Part shown: one piece after another, positions 50,278 through 60,287 of the stretch
Layout of the letters: each line of letters starts with the position of its first letter
Position numbering within the stretch: the first letter of the stretch is position 1
Assembly: GCA_963783135.1 (NCBI GenBank)
Contig: CAWAMH010000007.1
Span: 1,044,672-1,108,671 of the forward strand
Reading direction: 5' to 3'
From: an uncultured Chloroflexia bacterium
GTDB taxonomy: Bacteria; Chloroflexota; Limnocylindria; Limnocylindrales; CSP1-4
DNA: 64,000 nucleotides
The notes under the pieces: model-generated
What the model saw: only the letters and a program-made list of their open reading frames with translations
Database searches by the model: none
Told to the model about the DNA's origin: nothing
Position numbers and translations under genes: made by a program

Positions 50278-50691
50278 GTGCCGCTCTTCTACGCGGATGC
50301 GTCGGCGCTCGTGAAGCTCGTGCGCGACGAACCCGAAAGCCACGCGCTCCGGACGTTCCTGGCCGACGCGGACCTTGTTTCGTGCGAGCTCGTGCTGACC
50401 GAGATCCCGCGGGCGATCCGGCGCGCGGCAGCCCACGACCCTCGTTCGGATCTGGACCTGTTGATGGATCGCGCCGGCGAGGTCATCGATGCGCTCGGGC
50501 TTCTGCCGCTCGACCGGGTGCTGCTCCTGGCGGCGGGCGCATTGTCCGAGCCGGCGCTCCGAGCACTCGACGCGATCCATGTCGCCGCGGCGATCGACGT
50601 CGAGCCAGTCGACGGCTTCGTCACCTACGACGAGCGGCAAGCCGCGGCTGCGCGCCTAGCCGGACTGCGAACGATGTCGCCCGGCGCCTGA
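50278..50691 (+). CDS. vapC: PIN-domain toxin
   Basis: YADASALVKL..E, E, LRALDAIHVA, VTYDERQ. Confidence 0.9.
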   Translation: MPLFYADASALVKLVRDEPESHALRTFLADADLVSCELVLTEIPRAIRRAAAHDPRSDLDLLMDRAGEVIDALGLLPLDRVLLLAAGALSEPALRALDAIHVAAAIDVEPVDGFVTYDERQAAAARLAGLRTMSPGA

Positions 50692-50865
50692 GACCTACGC
50701 GCTTGCAACCAGCCGTCGAGCGTCCACCACTATCTTCCTGCGGACGACGTCCCCATCGAAGGCAGTGGGCAAGACGATGTCATCCAAGAGGGATCGAGCG
50801 CAGCCGACGTCGGCCAGACGAAGCCATTGGGCGGTTGAGGCCGCCGATGAGGGAGGGAACGAGGG

Positions 50866-51918
50866 ATGGCAGAAGTGACCAGTAGCATGACATCGCCGCA
50901 CATCGCGGCCCCCGATCGCTATGACGCGATGGCCTATCGGCGGGTCGGCTCGAGTGGGCTCCACCTGCCCGCGATCTCCCTCGGCCTCTGGCAGAACTTC
51001 GGCGACGACAGACCACTCGCCACCCAGCGGGCGATCGTGCGCCGGGCGTTCGACCGCGGCGTCACGCATTTCGACCTGGCCAACAACTACGGCCCGCCGT
51101 ACGGCTCGGCTGAGACGAACTTCGGGCGCATCCTCGGGTCCGACCTCGGGAGCTATCGCGACGAGCTCGTCATCTCGACCAAGGCCGGCTATGACATGTG
51201 GCCGGGACCCTACGGCGACCACGGATCGCGAAAGTACCTCCTTGCCAGCCTCGATCAGAGCCTGCGCCGGATGGGTCTCGACTATGTCGACATCTTCTAC
51301 TCGCACCGCTTCGACCCAGACTCTCGCCTGGAAGAGACGATGGGCGCCCTCGATACCGCCGTCCGGCAGGGCAAGGCTCTCTACGTGGGTATCTCCTCCT
51401 ATTCAGCGAAGCGGACGCGCGAGGCCGCCGCGATCCTGCGCGGTCTCGGTACGCCGCTGCTCATCCATCAGCCCTCCTACTCGATGTTGAACCGCTGGAT
51501 CGAGGCTGAGCTGCTCGACGTCCTGGCCGAGGAACGGATCGGCGCGATCGCGTTCTCACCCCTCGCGCAGGGCCTGCTCACCGACCGCTACCTCGCTGGC
51601 GTGCCTGCGGGTTCGCGCGCGACGCGCGGCGGCTCGTTCAGCAAGGATCTGCTGACCGACGCCAACCTCGCCAACGTCCGCGGCCTGAACGAGATCGCCA
51701 AGCGACGGGGCCAGAGCCTCGCCCAGATGGCCCTCGCCTGGACCGTCCGCGACCCGCGAGTGGCCTCGGCGCTGGTCGGGGCGAGTTCCGTCGGGCAACT
51801 CGATGACAATCTCGCGGCGCTCGACCACCTCGCGTTCGAGCCAGCCGAACTCGCTGAGATCGATCGTTTCGCGGTCGAGGGCGACGTCAATCTGTGGGCG
51901 TCGTCGAGTAGCGCCTAG
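50866..51918 (+). CDS. Aldo/keto reductase (L-glyceraldehyde 3-phosphate reductase-like)
   Basis: SLGLWQNFG, FDLANNYGPPYGSAE, STKAGY, IHQPSYS, FSPLAQG. Confidence 0.9.
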   Translation: MAEVTSSMTSPHIAAPDRYDAMAYRRVGSSGLHLPAISLGLWQNFGDDRPLATQRAIVRRAFDRGVTHFDLANNYGPPYGSAETNFGRILGSDLGSYRDELVISTKAGYDMWPGPYGDHGSRKYLLASLDQSLRRMGLDYVDIFYSHRFDPDSRLEETMGALDTAVRQGKALYVGISSYSAKRTREAAAILRGLGTPLLIHQPSYSMLNRWIEAELLDVLAEERIGAIAFSPLAQGLLTDRYLAGVPAGSRATRGGSFSKDLLTDANLANVRGLNEIAKRRGQSLAQMALAWTVRDPRVASALVGASSVGQLDDNLAALDHLAFEPAELAEIDRFAVEGDVNLWASSSSA

Positions 51919-51941
51919 ACCACGTGCGGTCTGAAGGCCCG

Positions 51942-52964
51942 CTAGCGCCAGCCGAGCTCTGGGGCCACGAACCTCAGGATGCTCTCGATGGCGTGGGCGT
52001 TGTAGTCGACGCCGAGCTGGTTCGGGACGGTCAGCAGCAGGGTATCGGCTGCCTGGATCGCCGTGTCCTTGGCCAGCTCTTCCACCAGGACATCCGGCTC
52101 CGCGGCGTACGAGCGCCCGAAGATCGCCTTGGTCTGCGCGTCGAGGTAGCCGACGTGATCCGCCTCCTGGCTGCCGCGGCCGAAGAACGCGCGGTCGCGG
52201 TCATCGACGAGCGCGAAGATGCTCCGACTGACCGACACCCGCGGCTCGCGCTGGTGGCCTGCCGCGGCCCAGGCCTCACGGAAGAGGCGGATCTGCTCGG
52301 CCTGAAGCTCGTGGAACGGAACGCCGGCGTCCTCGGTCAGCAGCGTCGACGACATCATGTTCATGCCCTGCTGCCCCGTCCATTGCGCGGTCGCACGTGA
52401 CCCGGCACCCCACCAGATCCGGTCGCGCAAACCGGGCGAGTGCGGCTCGAGGCGGAGGAGGCCGGGCGGGTTCGGGAACATCGGCGAGGGGTTGGGCTGG
52501 GCGAACCCGGCACCGGACAACGCCTCGAGGAAGACCTCGGTGTGGCGGCGGGCCATGTCGGCGTCGGTCTCGCCGTCGGGCGGCGCGTAGCCGAAGTAGC
52601 GGAAGCCATCGATGACCTGTTCGGGTGATCCGCGGCTGATCCCGAGCTGCAGGCGGCCGCCTGCGATGAGGTCGGCGGCACCGGCATCTTCGACCATGTA
52701 GAGCGGGTTCTCGTAACGCATGTCGATGACGGCCGTGCCGATCTCGATCCGCTTCGTTCGCGCCCCGATCGCCGCGAGAAGCGGGAACGGCGATGCGAGC
52801 TGCTGGGCGAAGTGGTGGACCCGGAAGTAGGCACCGTCGGCACCCAGATCCTCGACCGCCTCGGCGAGCTCGATCGACTGGATGAGCGCATCCGAGCCCG
52901 TCCGGACCTGCGAATAGGGCGACGCCGACCAATGCCCGAACGAGAGGAACCCGATCTTCTTCAC
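51942..52964 (-). CDS. LLM-class flavin-dependent oxidoreductase
   Basis: KKIGFLSFGHW, FRVHHFA, IGTAVIDMRYENP, GISRGSPE. Confidence 0.88.
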   Translation of the reverse strand: MKKIGFLSFGHWSASPYSQVRTGSDALIQSIELAEAVEDLGADGAYFRVHHFAQQLASPFPLLAAIGARTKRIEIGTAVIDMRYENPLYMVEDAGAADLIAGGRLQLGISRGSPEQVIDGFRYFGYAPPDGETDADMARRHTEVFLEALSGAGFAQPNPSPMFPNPPGLLRLEPHSPGLRDRIWWGAGSRATAQWTGQQGMNMMSSTLLTEDAGVPFHELQAEQIRLFREAWAAAGHQREPRVSVSRSIFALVDDRDRAFFGRGSQEADHVGYLDAQTKAIFGRSYAAEPDVLVEELAKDTAIQAADTLLLTVPNQLGVDYNAHAIESILRFVAPELGWR

Positions 52965-52974
52965 CGTCCCCGCC

Positions 52975-54066
52975 TCAACCGAAGGTGAAGCAGTACGCCT
53001 CGACGCCCGCGTCGAGGAACTCGATCTCGAACCGGCGGTCGGCGATCGGGCCTGGCTGGCGGATGAGCTGGTAGGTGCGCTGGTCGCTGACGATCCCCGA
53101 GCCGTCGGGGCCAACGTCGCTGCCGAGCGCGTCCTCGGCGGGCTGACCGTCGAGGTAGACCCGGAACGGGACCGACGCGCCGCGCGCGGCCGGTCCCATC
53201 ACGAGATTGACGTCGCGGGCGTGGAACTGGAACGCGATCCGTCCACCGGGTTCGTTGACCACCGCCGGCGTGCCGTGCGACCGTCCACGTTCCCGGCGAG
53301 CCCCCAGTGGTTGAGCGGGAGCCGGCCGGGCGCCGCGAACGCCTGCGGCTGGTCGGTGCGGGCGACAGCCTCCTGGGCGAAGCCGCTGCTCTGGCCGTAG
53401 CCGACGTACGTCTCGGGCGACTGGAGGGTCCGCCAATCGGCGGCGACCTCCAGCCCACGAGGCTCGACCATCACGAGGTCCTGGTCGATGAGCTCCGCGC
53501 CGGCGTCGACGAGCAACTGCTGGATGACCATCTCGGTCATCGCGTACTCGCCCTCGCCGAAGTGGTGGAAGCGGATCCGACCCTGCCCGTCGGCGAGGTA
53601 CACCGCCGGCCAGAAGTGGTTGTCGAACGCGCGCCAGACCCCGTAGTCGCTGTCGATCGCGATCGGGTACTCGACGCCGAAGATGCCGCGACTGCGCGAC
53701 GATGTTGTCGACGTCGCGCTCGAAGCCGAACTCGGGCGTGTGGACGCCGACCACGGTCAGCCCGGCGTCGGCGTACTTCGCCGCCCAGGCGCGGACATAC
53801 GGAAGCGTCCGGAGCCAGTTGACGCACGTGTAGGTCCAGAAGTCGACGAGGACGACGCGTCCCCGAAGTCCCTCCGGTGTCAGCGGCCCGGAGTTCAGCC
53901 AGCCGGTGGCGCCCTCGAACGACGCCAGGCGGCCCTCGATCGGCAGGTCCGGCCGCTCGCCGGCCAGACGATGCGCGATCGAGCGGATCAGGCCGGGTCG
54001 GCTTGGCGGCTCGGACGTCGGCGCCGTGCCCGACGCGTCCGTCGTGCGACTTGTGTCATCGACCAT
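52975..54066 (-). CDS. DipZ-like redoxin with C-terminal beta-sandwich; internal frameshifts
   Basis: WLNS.PL, DFWTYTCVNW, GVHTPEF; middle part (HFGEGEY, SPETYVGY) in another frame; ends FTFG. Confidence 0.78.
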   Translation of the reverse strand: MVDDTSRTTDASGTAPTSEPPSRPGLIRSIAHRLAGERPDLPIEGRLASFEGATGWLNSGPLTPEGLRGRVVLVDFWTYTCVNWLRTLPYVRAWAAKYADAGLTVVGVHTPEFGFERDVDNIVAQSRHLRRRVPDRDRQRLRGLARVRQPLLAGGVPRRRAGSDPLPPLRRGRVRDDRDGHPAVARRRRRGAHRPGPRDGRASWAGGRRRLADPPVARDVRRLRPEQRLRPGGCRPHRPAAGVRGARPAPAQPLGARRERGRSHGTPAVVNEPGGRIAFQFHARDVNLVMGPAARGASVPFRVYLDGQPAEDALGSDVGPDGSGIVSDQRTYQLIRQPGPIADRRFEIEFLDAGVEAYCFTFG

Positions 54067-54087
54067 GGGGCGTGCCTCGCTGGATGG

Positions 54088-55329
54088 TCAGCGCGAGTCC
54101 CGAAGCGGCTTGAACGCGGCCCGAAGCTCCTCCGTGAACAGCTCCGGCTCCTGCCAGGCCGCGAAGTGATCGCCCTTGGCGACTTCGTTGAAGTAGATGA
54201 GGTTCGGGTAGGCCTGCTCGGTCCAGCTCCGCGGCGCCTGATAGAGCTCTCGAGGAAAGACGCTCACGGCAGCCGGGACCTTGACGTCCTTGACGTCGAA
54301 GAAGCCGAGCGTGTTCTCCCAGTAGAGCCGGCCCGAGGACACCCCCGTGTTCGTCACCCACGTCATCGTGATGTTGTCGAGGACCTCGTCTCGGGTGAGG
54401 CCGTCGACGGGGTCGCCCGCGAATGCCCGTGCGATGTCCTCGAGGCTGTAGGCGTCGTGGTCGAGCATCCAGGCGGCGAGGGCGGCTGGCGAATCGGCGA
54501 GCCCGTACAGCGTCTGCGGGCGGTTCCCCATCTCGAGCGCGTAGCCGACGCCCTTCGTGAAGAGGAAGCTCAGCCGGTCGTAGGCGCGTTGTTCGTCGGC
54601 TGTCAGACCGACCGGCGCCGGGTGGCCGGTCCCGAACACGTTCGACGTGAGGGCCCTCGACACGTCGGCTGGAACGGTGCCGGGCATGTTGGAGTGGATG
54701 CCGAGCAACTCCGGTGGTGCCTTGGCACCGATCACGTCGGTGATCTGCGCACCCCAGTCGCCGCCCTGCGCGACGAAGTGCCGATAGCCCAGGCGACGCA
54801 TCAGGGCGATCCAGGCGTCCGCGATGTGGACCGGGTCCCAGCCCGTCGTCGTCGGCTTCCCGGAGTACCCGTAGCCAGGCATCGACGGGACGACGACGTC
54901 GAACGCGTCCGCCGCGTCACCGCCGTGGGCTGTCGGATCGCTGAGCGGGCCGACCACGTTCAGCATCTCGAAGATCGAACCGGGCCAGCCGTGCGTGATG
55001 ATCAGCGGCAGCGCGTTCGCGTGCGGCGATCTGACGTGGATGAAGTGGATGTCGAGGCCGTCGATCTCGGTCAGGAACTGGGGGAACGCGTTGAGCCTGG
55101 CCACGACCCGCCCGAAGTCGTATTCGTCGGCCCAGTAGCGGACGAGTTCCTGGATCGTCGCCAGCGGCACGCCCTGGGACAGGTCGGCGACGGTCTCCCG
55201 CTCGGGCCAGCGCGTCGCATGGAGCCGGCGGCGGAGCTCATCGACGTCCGCCTGGGGGACCTCGGCCCGGAACGGCCGGATGGCCTCCGCTGCGGAGTTC
55301 GGGTTCGGGGCGGTCGCCAGGTCGGACAT
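54088..55329 (-). CDS. Epoxide hydrolase
   Basis: IRPFR, HGWPGS, QGGDWG, HFAAWQEP. Confidence 0.9.
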   Translation of the reverse strand: MSDLATAPNPNSAAEAIRPFRAEVPQADVDELRRRLHATRWPERETVADLSQGVPLATIQELVRYWADEYDFGRVVARLNAFPQFLTEIDGLDIHFIHVRSPHANALPLIITHGWPGSIFEMLNVVGPLSDPTAHGGDAADAFDVVVPSMPGYGYSGKPTTTGWDPVHIADAWIALMRRLGYRHFVAQGGDWGAQITDVIGAKAPPELLGIHSNMPGTVPADVSRALTSNVFGTGHPAPVGLTADEQRAYDRLSFLFTKGVGYALEMGNRPQTLYGLADSPAALAAWMLDHDAYSLEDIARAFAGDPVDGLTRDEVLDNITMTWVTNTGVSSGRLYWENTLGFFDVKDVKVPAAVSVFPRELYQAPRSWTEQAYPNLIYFNEVAKGDHFAAWQEPELFTEELRAAFKPLRDSR

Positions 55330-55438
55330 CTCGGGACTCCTGTTCGGCGGGGCGGTCGGAACAGCGTGCGCGACTCCGCTGAGGATGCCACCGCCAGCGC
55401 GATCTCGCCGGTCGCGGTCACCGGCGTATCCTCCATCC

Positions 55439-56635
55439 ATGTTCCGGATGGCCGTAGGTCACAGCGACGACGTCGACCTCGCGAGCGCGCTGGACACCGT
55501 CTTCGCTGAGTGCGACAGCGGTCTCGCGGGCGCACGACCGAGGGCGGGCCTCCTGGTGGGCGCCTGGGGGGTCGACCACCAGTTCGCGATCGACCAGGTG
55601 CGTGCCCGCTACCCGGGGATCGAGCTTGCCGGCTCGAGCAGCGCCGGCGAGATGTCCTCGATCCTCGGCTTCAGCGAGGATTCCGTGGCGCTGACCCTGT
55701 TCGCTTCGGACTCGATCGACATCGTGGTCGGACTCGGGCGCGACCTCGTCAGGGATCCGCTTGCGGCCGCGCGACGTGCCGTCGCCGAGGCCACGGCGAA
55801 GACGCGACTCGAACCAGCGCTGTGCATCGTGCTGTCGACGATCGGCGGCGTCGAAGCGAGCGTGATCCTCAGTGCGCTCCGGACCGCGCTCGGTCCAGGC
55901 ATCCCGATCTTCGGCGGTGGCGCGTCGCCGCGCGATCCCGGGACCGACGCTGAGGGACTGACCCCTCGGGAGTTCGCCGGCGACATCCTCACCGGCGACG
56001 CCCTCGCCATCCTGCTCTTCGCCGGGCCACTGGTGTTCTCGTTCGGCGTCGAGACCGGCTGGCGTTGCGTGGGTCCACGGGCGACGATCACCCAGACATC
56101 CGAGACGGGTGTGCTCCAGATCGACGGGCGGCCGGCGCTCGAGTTCTACGAGCGCTACCTCGGGGCCGGTCCGCCGCCGGTCGCCAACCCGTTGGCGGTC
56201 TTCGAGGAGTCCGGCTCCGATCGCTTCTACCTCCGGACGCCGATGGCGTTCGACCGTGACCGCGGGTCGATCGGGTTCTTCGGAGCGGTCCCGCAGGGCG
56301 CGACGGTCCAGCTCACGATGGCCGGCACGGACGAGATCTTCGAGGGCGCGAAGGCGTCGTTCGCGGACGCGCTGGCCTCCTTCCCGGAAGGGGCCCGGCC
56401 GGATGGCGCGCTCCTGTTCTCGTGCGCCACGCGCAAGTTCCTGCTTGGGACGCGCGCCGGTCGCGAGATCGAGCTCGCACGCGAGGTCCTTGGGGAAACG
56501 GTGCCGATCGGCGGGTTCTACTGCATGGGCGAGATCGCGCCGATGGCCTCTGGCGACCAGTCGCGGTTCCACAACGCCACGATGGTGTCGGTCTTGCTCG
56601 GGTCCACGTCCGCGGACCAGACCCCCGCGACTTGA
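55439..56635 (+). CDS. FIST domain protein (NosP-like sensor)
   Basis: GSSSAGE, FGGGAS, GW..VG, IDGRPA..FY..YLG, SCATR, GFYCMGEIAP, FHNAT. Confidence 0.88.
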   Translation: MFRMAVGHSDDVDLASALDTVFAECDSGLAGARPRAGLLVGAWGVDHQFAIDQVRARYPGIELAGSSSAGEMSSILGFSEDSVALTLFASDSIDIVVGLGRDLVRDPLAAARRAVAEATAKTRLEPALCIVLSTIGGVEASVILSALRTALGPGIPIFGGGASPRDPGTDAEGLTPREFAGDILTGDALAILLFAGPLVFSFGVETGWRCVGPRATITQTSETGVLQIDGRPALEFYERYLGAGPPPVANPLAVFEESGSDRFYLRTPMAFDRDRGSIGFFGAVPQGATVQLTMAGTDEIFEGAKASFADALASFPEGARPDGALLFSCATRKFLLGTRAGREIELAREVLGETVPIGGFYCMGEIAPMASGDQSRFHNATMVSVLLGSTSADQTPAT

Positions 56636-57429
56636 CGACCGAGCCGGCCGGTCCGCCCGGGCCCGGAGAGCTGGAGAAGGAGAACCTCCGACTCACCCGA
56701 CGCCTCCAGCGGCTCGAGGACAACGTCCGCCGACTCGAGGCGTTCCAGGACTCGAACGCCACGCTCGCGTCGCGGTTGCTCACCGAGCTCGAGGAGGAGC
56801 GCGCGCGATCGGAGCAGCTGCTCCTCAACGTGCTTCCACAGCGGATCGTCGACCGGCTGGCTGCCGGTGAGAAGCTCATCGCGGATCGGCATGCCTCGGT
56901 CAGCGTGCTCTTCGGCGACGTCGTCGGGTTCACGGAGATCTCCGCCCGCCTGGCGCCGTCCGTGCTGATCGAGGAGTTGAACGAGCTCTTCTCCGGCTTC
57001 GACGCGATCTGCGAGCAGACCGGCGTCGAGAAGATCAAGACCGTCGGCGACGCCTATCTCGTCATCGGCGGTCTCGACGGCAGGACGGATCACGCGGTGG
57101 CCGTCGCCGAGACGGCGCTCCGGATGATCGAGCAGATCGAGGCGAGGTCCGGGAACGGAACCGACTGGCGCATCCGGATCGGCCTCCACGGCGGCCCGGC
57201 CGTCGCCGGGGTCATCGGCACGACCAAGTTCGCGTACGACGTCTGGGGCGACACCGTGAATGTCGCCGCTCGACTCGAAGCGGCGTCGGAGCCGAACCGG
57301 ATCCACGTCTCGGGCGTCCTGGCGGAGGAGCTGGAGGACCGTTTCCGGCTGACGCCGCGGGGGCCCGTGGAGCTCAAGGGCAAGGGCCGCGTCGAGACCT
57401 GCTACCTGCTCGGCCGGAGGGACGCCTGA
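56632..57429 (+). CDS. Class III adenylate cyclase with N-terminal coiled coil
   Basis: ERARSEQLLLNVLP, VLFGDVVGFT, KIKTVGDAY, YDVWGDTVNVAARLE; TTG overlaps the FIST stop. Confidence 0.9.
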   Translation: MTTEPAGPPGPGELEKENLRLTRRLQRLEDNVRRLEAFQDSNATLASRLLTELEEERARSEQLLLNVLPQRIVDRLAAGEKLIADRHASVSVLFGDVVGFTEISARLAPSVLIEELNELFSGFDAICEQTGVEKIKTVGDAYLVIGGLDGRTDHAVAVAETALRMIEQIEARSGNGTDWRIRIGLHGGPAVAGVIGTTKFAYDVWGDTVNVAARLEAASEPNRIHVSGVLAEELEDRFRLTPRGPVELKGKGRVETCYLLGRRDA

Positions 57430-57517
57430 GCGGCCCGGTCGCGTCCACCGTGGATGGCGCGCGGTCCAGCGGCGCATTACCATCCTTGCTCGCCAGTCGA
57501 CCTTCACGGGAGAGGAC

Positions 57518-59111
57518 GTGACCAGCCGGACGCTGACGCTCGGCGCCACGAGCTACCCGCTCATCCTGCCCAACACCCGCGATCCGCGACTCCATGTCGC
57601 AGCGGTCATCATCACGATCCACGTCCTCGGCCAGGTCGGGCTCGGGTTCCAGGTGAGCATCCCGCAGATCCTCGCGGCGATCCTCACCTGCGCCGTCATC
57701 GAGGTCGCGCTGACCTTCCGCCAGACGCGCACGTTCGTGTGGCCCGCGAGCGCGATGCTCACCGGCAGCGGCGTGGCGCTCATCCTGCGGGTCGTCGGCA
57801 CGCCGGTCGGCGAGCCGTGGAGCTTCTACGCGTGGTACGTGTTCGCCGGCGTCGCCGCGTTCTCGCTGCTCACGAAGTACGTGATCCGCTACCGCGGCTC
57901 GCACGTCTTCAACCCGTCGAACATCGGCCTGGTCGTCGACGTTCGTCGTGCTGGGCAGCTCGCGCGTCGAGCCGCTCGACTTCTGGTGGGCGCCGCTCGA
58001 TATCTGGATGATCACGGCCTACGCCGTCATCATCACCGGCGGGCTGCTCATCACGCGGCGGCTCCACCTGCTCGGCCTGGCGGGCACGTTCTGGGTGGCG
58101 CTGGCGATCGGCGTCGGCATCCTCGCCGCATCGGGTCACTGCATGACGGCGAACTGGGCCTTCGCGCCGGTCTGCGGGGCCGACTTCTGGCGCGTGATCG
58201 TGACCTCGCCGGAGGTCCTCATCTTCCTGTTCTTCATGATCACCGACCCGAAGACCGTGCCTGCCGGCCGCGTCGGTCGGATCGCGTTCGGCCTGCTCGT
58301 CGCCGTCGCGAGCACGCTCCTGATGGCGCCGCAGACCGATGAGTTCGGCACCAAGGTCGGGCTCCTCGCCGGTCTCGTCGTCCTCTGCGCGGCGCGACCC
58401 CTTCTCGACCGGGTCCTGCCCGAACCGCGTTCGGCGGCGGACGACCTCAGCGGCGTCGCGTCACGCCTGGCGACCGGTGGCACCGGCCGCGGCGGTCTGG
58501 CGCGAGGGGCGGTCCGGGTCGGGCTCCTCGTCGGTGCGCTGTTCCTGGTCGGGGCCGGGATCGTCGTGGCCGGCACGCCTGCGCGTGGTGTCCCCACGCC
58601 GAACGTCGCCGAGATCCTGGACCGCGTCCCCCATCACGTCGACCCCGCCACGTTCCCGACGATCACCCTCCAGCAGGACGTCGTCGACTTCGACCCGACG
58701 ATGGCCGGGCCCGGAGCCCAGGAGCTCCTGAAGACCCTGGCCGAGAACCTCGAGCTCGAGAACCAGGCCCTCCTCCGTCGTGACGAGTCGATCCTCACGG
58801 CGGTCGACCACGGCGACCGGCTGATCGAGATGCAGGGCCGGCTCCAGACAGCGATCGCGACCGGGACGACCGCGATCTCCCGCTACGACATCGACGCCGT
58901 CGATGTGTCGCTGCTCGCTCCGTTCGGCAAGCAGACCGGCCTCAGCCTGGGTGTCGACGCACAGGGCACGCTGACCCAGGAGACGTACGACGCGACGGGC
59001 ACCCTCCTGTCGCGCACGTCAGCCCCGTTCGCCTCGAAGTTCGTCCTGCGTCGGGCGACCGGCGGCCGCTGGTTGAACGTGGCCGTCCTGCCGCCTGGAA
59101 GCGGCGGCTGA
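57518..59111 (+). CDS. RnfD/NqrB-like (UnbU-like) polytopic membrane protein with soluble C-terminal domain; frameshift near 57938
   Basis: SAMLTG, KY.IR....HVFNPSN, FFMITDPKT; two ORFs joined by a +1 shift. Confidence 0.65.
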
Positions 59112-59145
59112 CCGCCAACGACGGTCGGCCGCCCGGCAGTCGGGC

Positions 59146-60207
59146 TCAGACGCCCAGTTCGTGCGAGGCCAGTGCGGTGCCCTCGATCCGCGCCCGGATC
59201 TTCGCGAACGCGGTGTCGCGCGACGTCGAGGTGTCGTCGCCGAACGGCGAGAAGCCGCAGTCGTCGGTCGTGCCGAGATGGCTCGGGTCGATGAACCGGG
59301 CCGCCTCGAGGATCGCGTCGCGGACCTCTTCGGGCGTCTCGACGCGGGGGTCGATCGGGTCGATGACGCCGACGAAGATCCGGCGGTCGCCGGTGGCGTG
59401 CTCGCCGAGGGCCTTGAGCACGCGCTCGCGATCCGCCTCGCTGGCGAGCTGGACGTAGAACGACGGGAGATTGAGCCGGAACAGGCTCGGCAACAGGTCG
59501 AGGTAGTCGATCCCGGCGCTGTGGGTCGAGTCCTGGTCGCCACCCGGGCAGCTGTGGACGCCGACCCGGGCGCGCTCGTCATCGGCCAGCCGGTCCAGCA
59601 CCTGGTTGTTGAGGTCGACGAACGCGTCGAGCAGCCCCTTCGACGGGTCGAGCAAGAGCGACAGGCGCGCCTCGGTGAAGTCGATCTGGACGGTCGTGCA
59701 GCCGAGGGCCAGGCACTCGCGGATCTCGGCTGCCGCCTCGCTGACGAGATCCTCGACGAAGGCTTCCCGGGGATAGCCGGCCAGCCCATCCGCCGGATAC
59801 ATCAGGCTGATGGCCGAGGCCGAGATGACCGCCTGCTTGAGCGGGGTGGTCGTCTCCGACCGCGCCGCCTCGAGATAGGCCGAGGCCTTCGTCGCGTAGC
59901 GGAACGGGGCCGTCGTGAGGACCGGGAGCTGGCGCGAATGGCCGTCCTCGAACGGGATCGTCACGCCGCCGGCGGCGAGTTCCAGCCCCGCCACCGGGTA
60001 GGTCGCGAAGCTCGGTTTGCGCTGCTCGCCATCCGTGATCACCGGTGAACCCGTCGCCTCGAACCGACGCAACGTGTCGCGCACGGCATCGTCGTACAGG
60101 GCGTCGAGGTCCTCGGACGAGAGGGTGCCGGCGGCGGCCGCCCCCATCCCGTCGATGAGCGCCGGGGGCCGGGGGATGCTGCCGATGGGTTCAGTCGGAA
60201 GTGTCAT
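59146..60207 (-). CDS. Cobalamin-independent methionine synthase II family protein
   Basis: IGSIPRP, TDGEQ, VQID, HSC, GVID, DDCGF zinc ligands. Confidence 0.85.
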   Translation of the reverse strand: MTLPTEPIGSIPRPPALIDGMGAAAAGTLSSEDLDALYDDAVRDTLRRFEATGSPVITDGEQRKPSFATYPVAGLELAAGGVTIPFEDGHSRQLPVLTTAPFRYATKASAYLEAARSETTTPLKQAVISASAISLMYPADGLAGYPREAFVEDLVSEAAAEIRECLALGCTTVQIDFTEARLSLLLDPSKGLLDAFVDLNNQVLDRLADDERARVGVHSCPGGDQDSTHSAGIDYLDLLPSLFRLNLPSFYVQLASEADRERVLKALGEHATGDRRIFVGVIDPIDPRVETPEEVRDAILEAARFIDPSHLGTTDDCGFSPFGDDTSTSRDTAFAKIRARIEGTALASHELGV

Positions 60208-60287
60208 GGCCGGATGCTAATCGACCGTACGGAGCGTGTACGCCATACTTGCGCGGTCCGCAACGGCCTCAGGAGGAGATGCTGCGC

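Noticed and set aside
50692-50865. Lower-GC spacer after vapC as a possible sRNA or IS end
   Set aside because: No terminal inverted repeats, convincing structure or ORF recognised.
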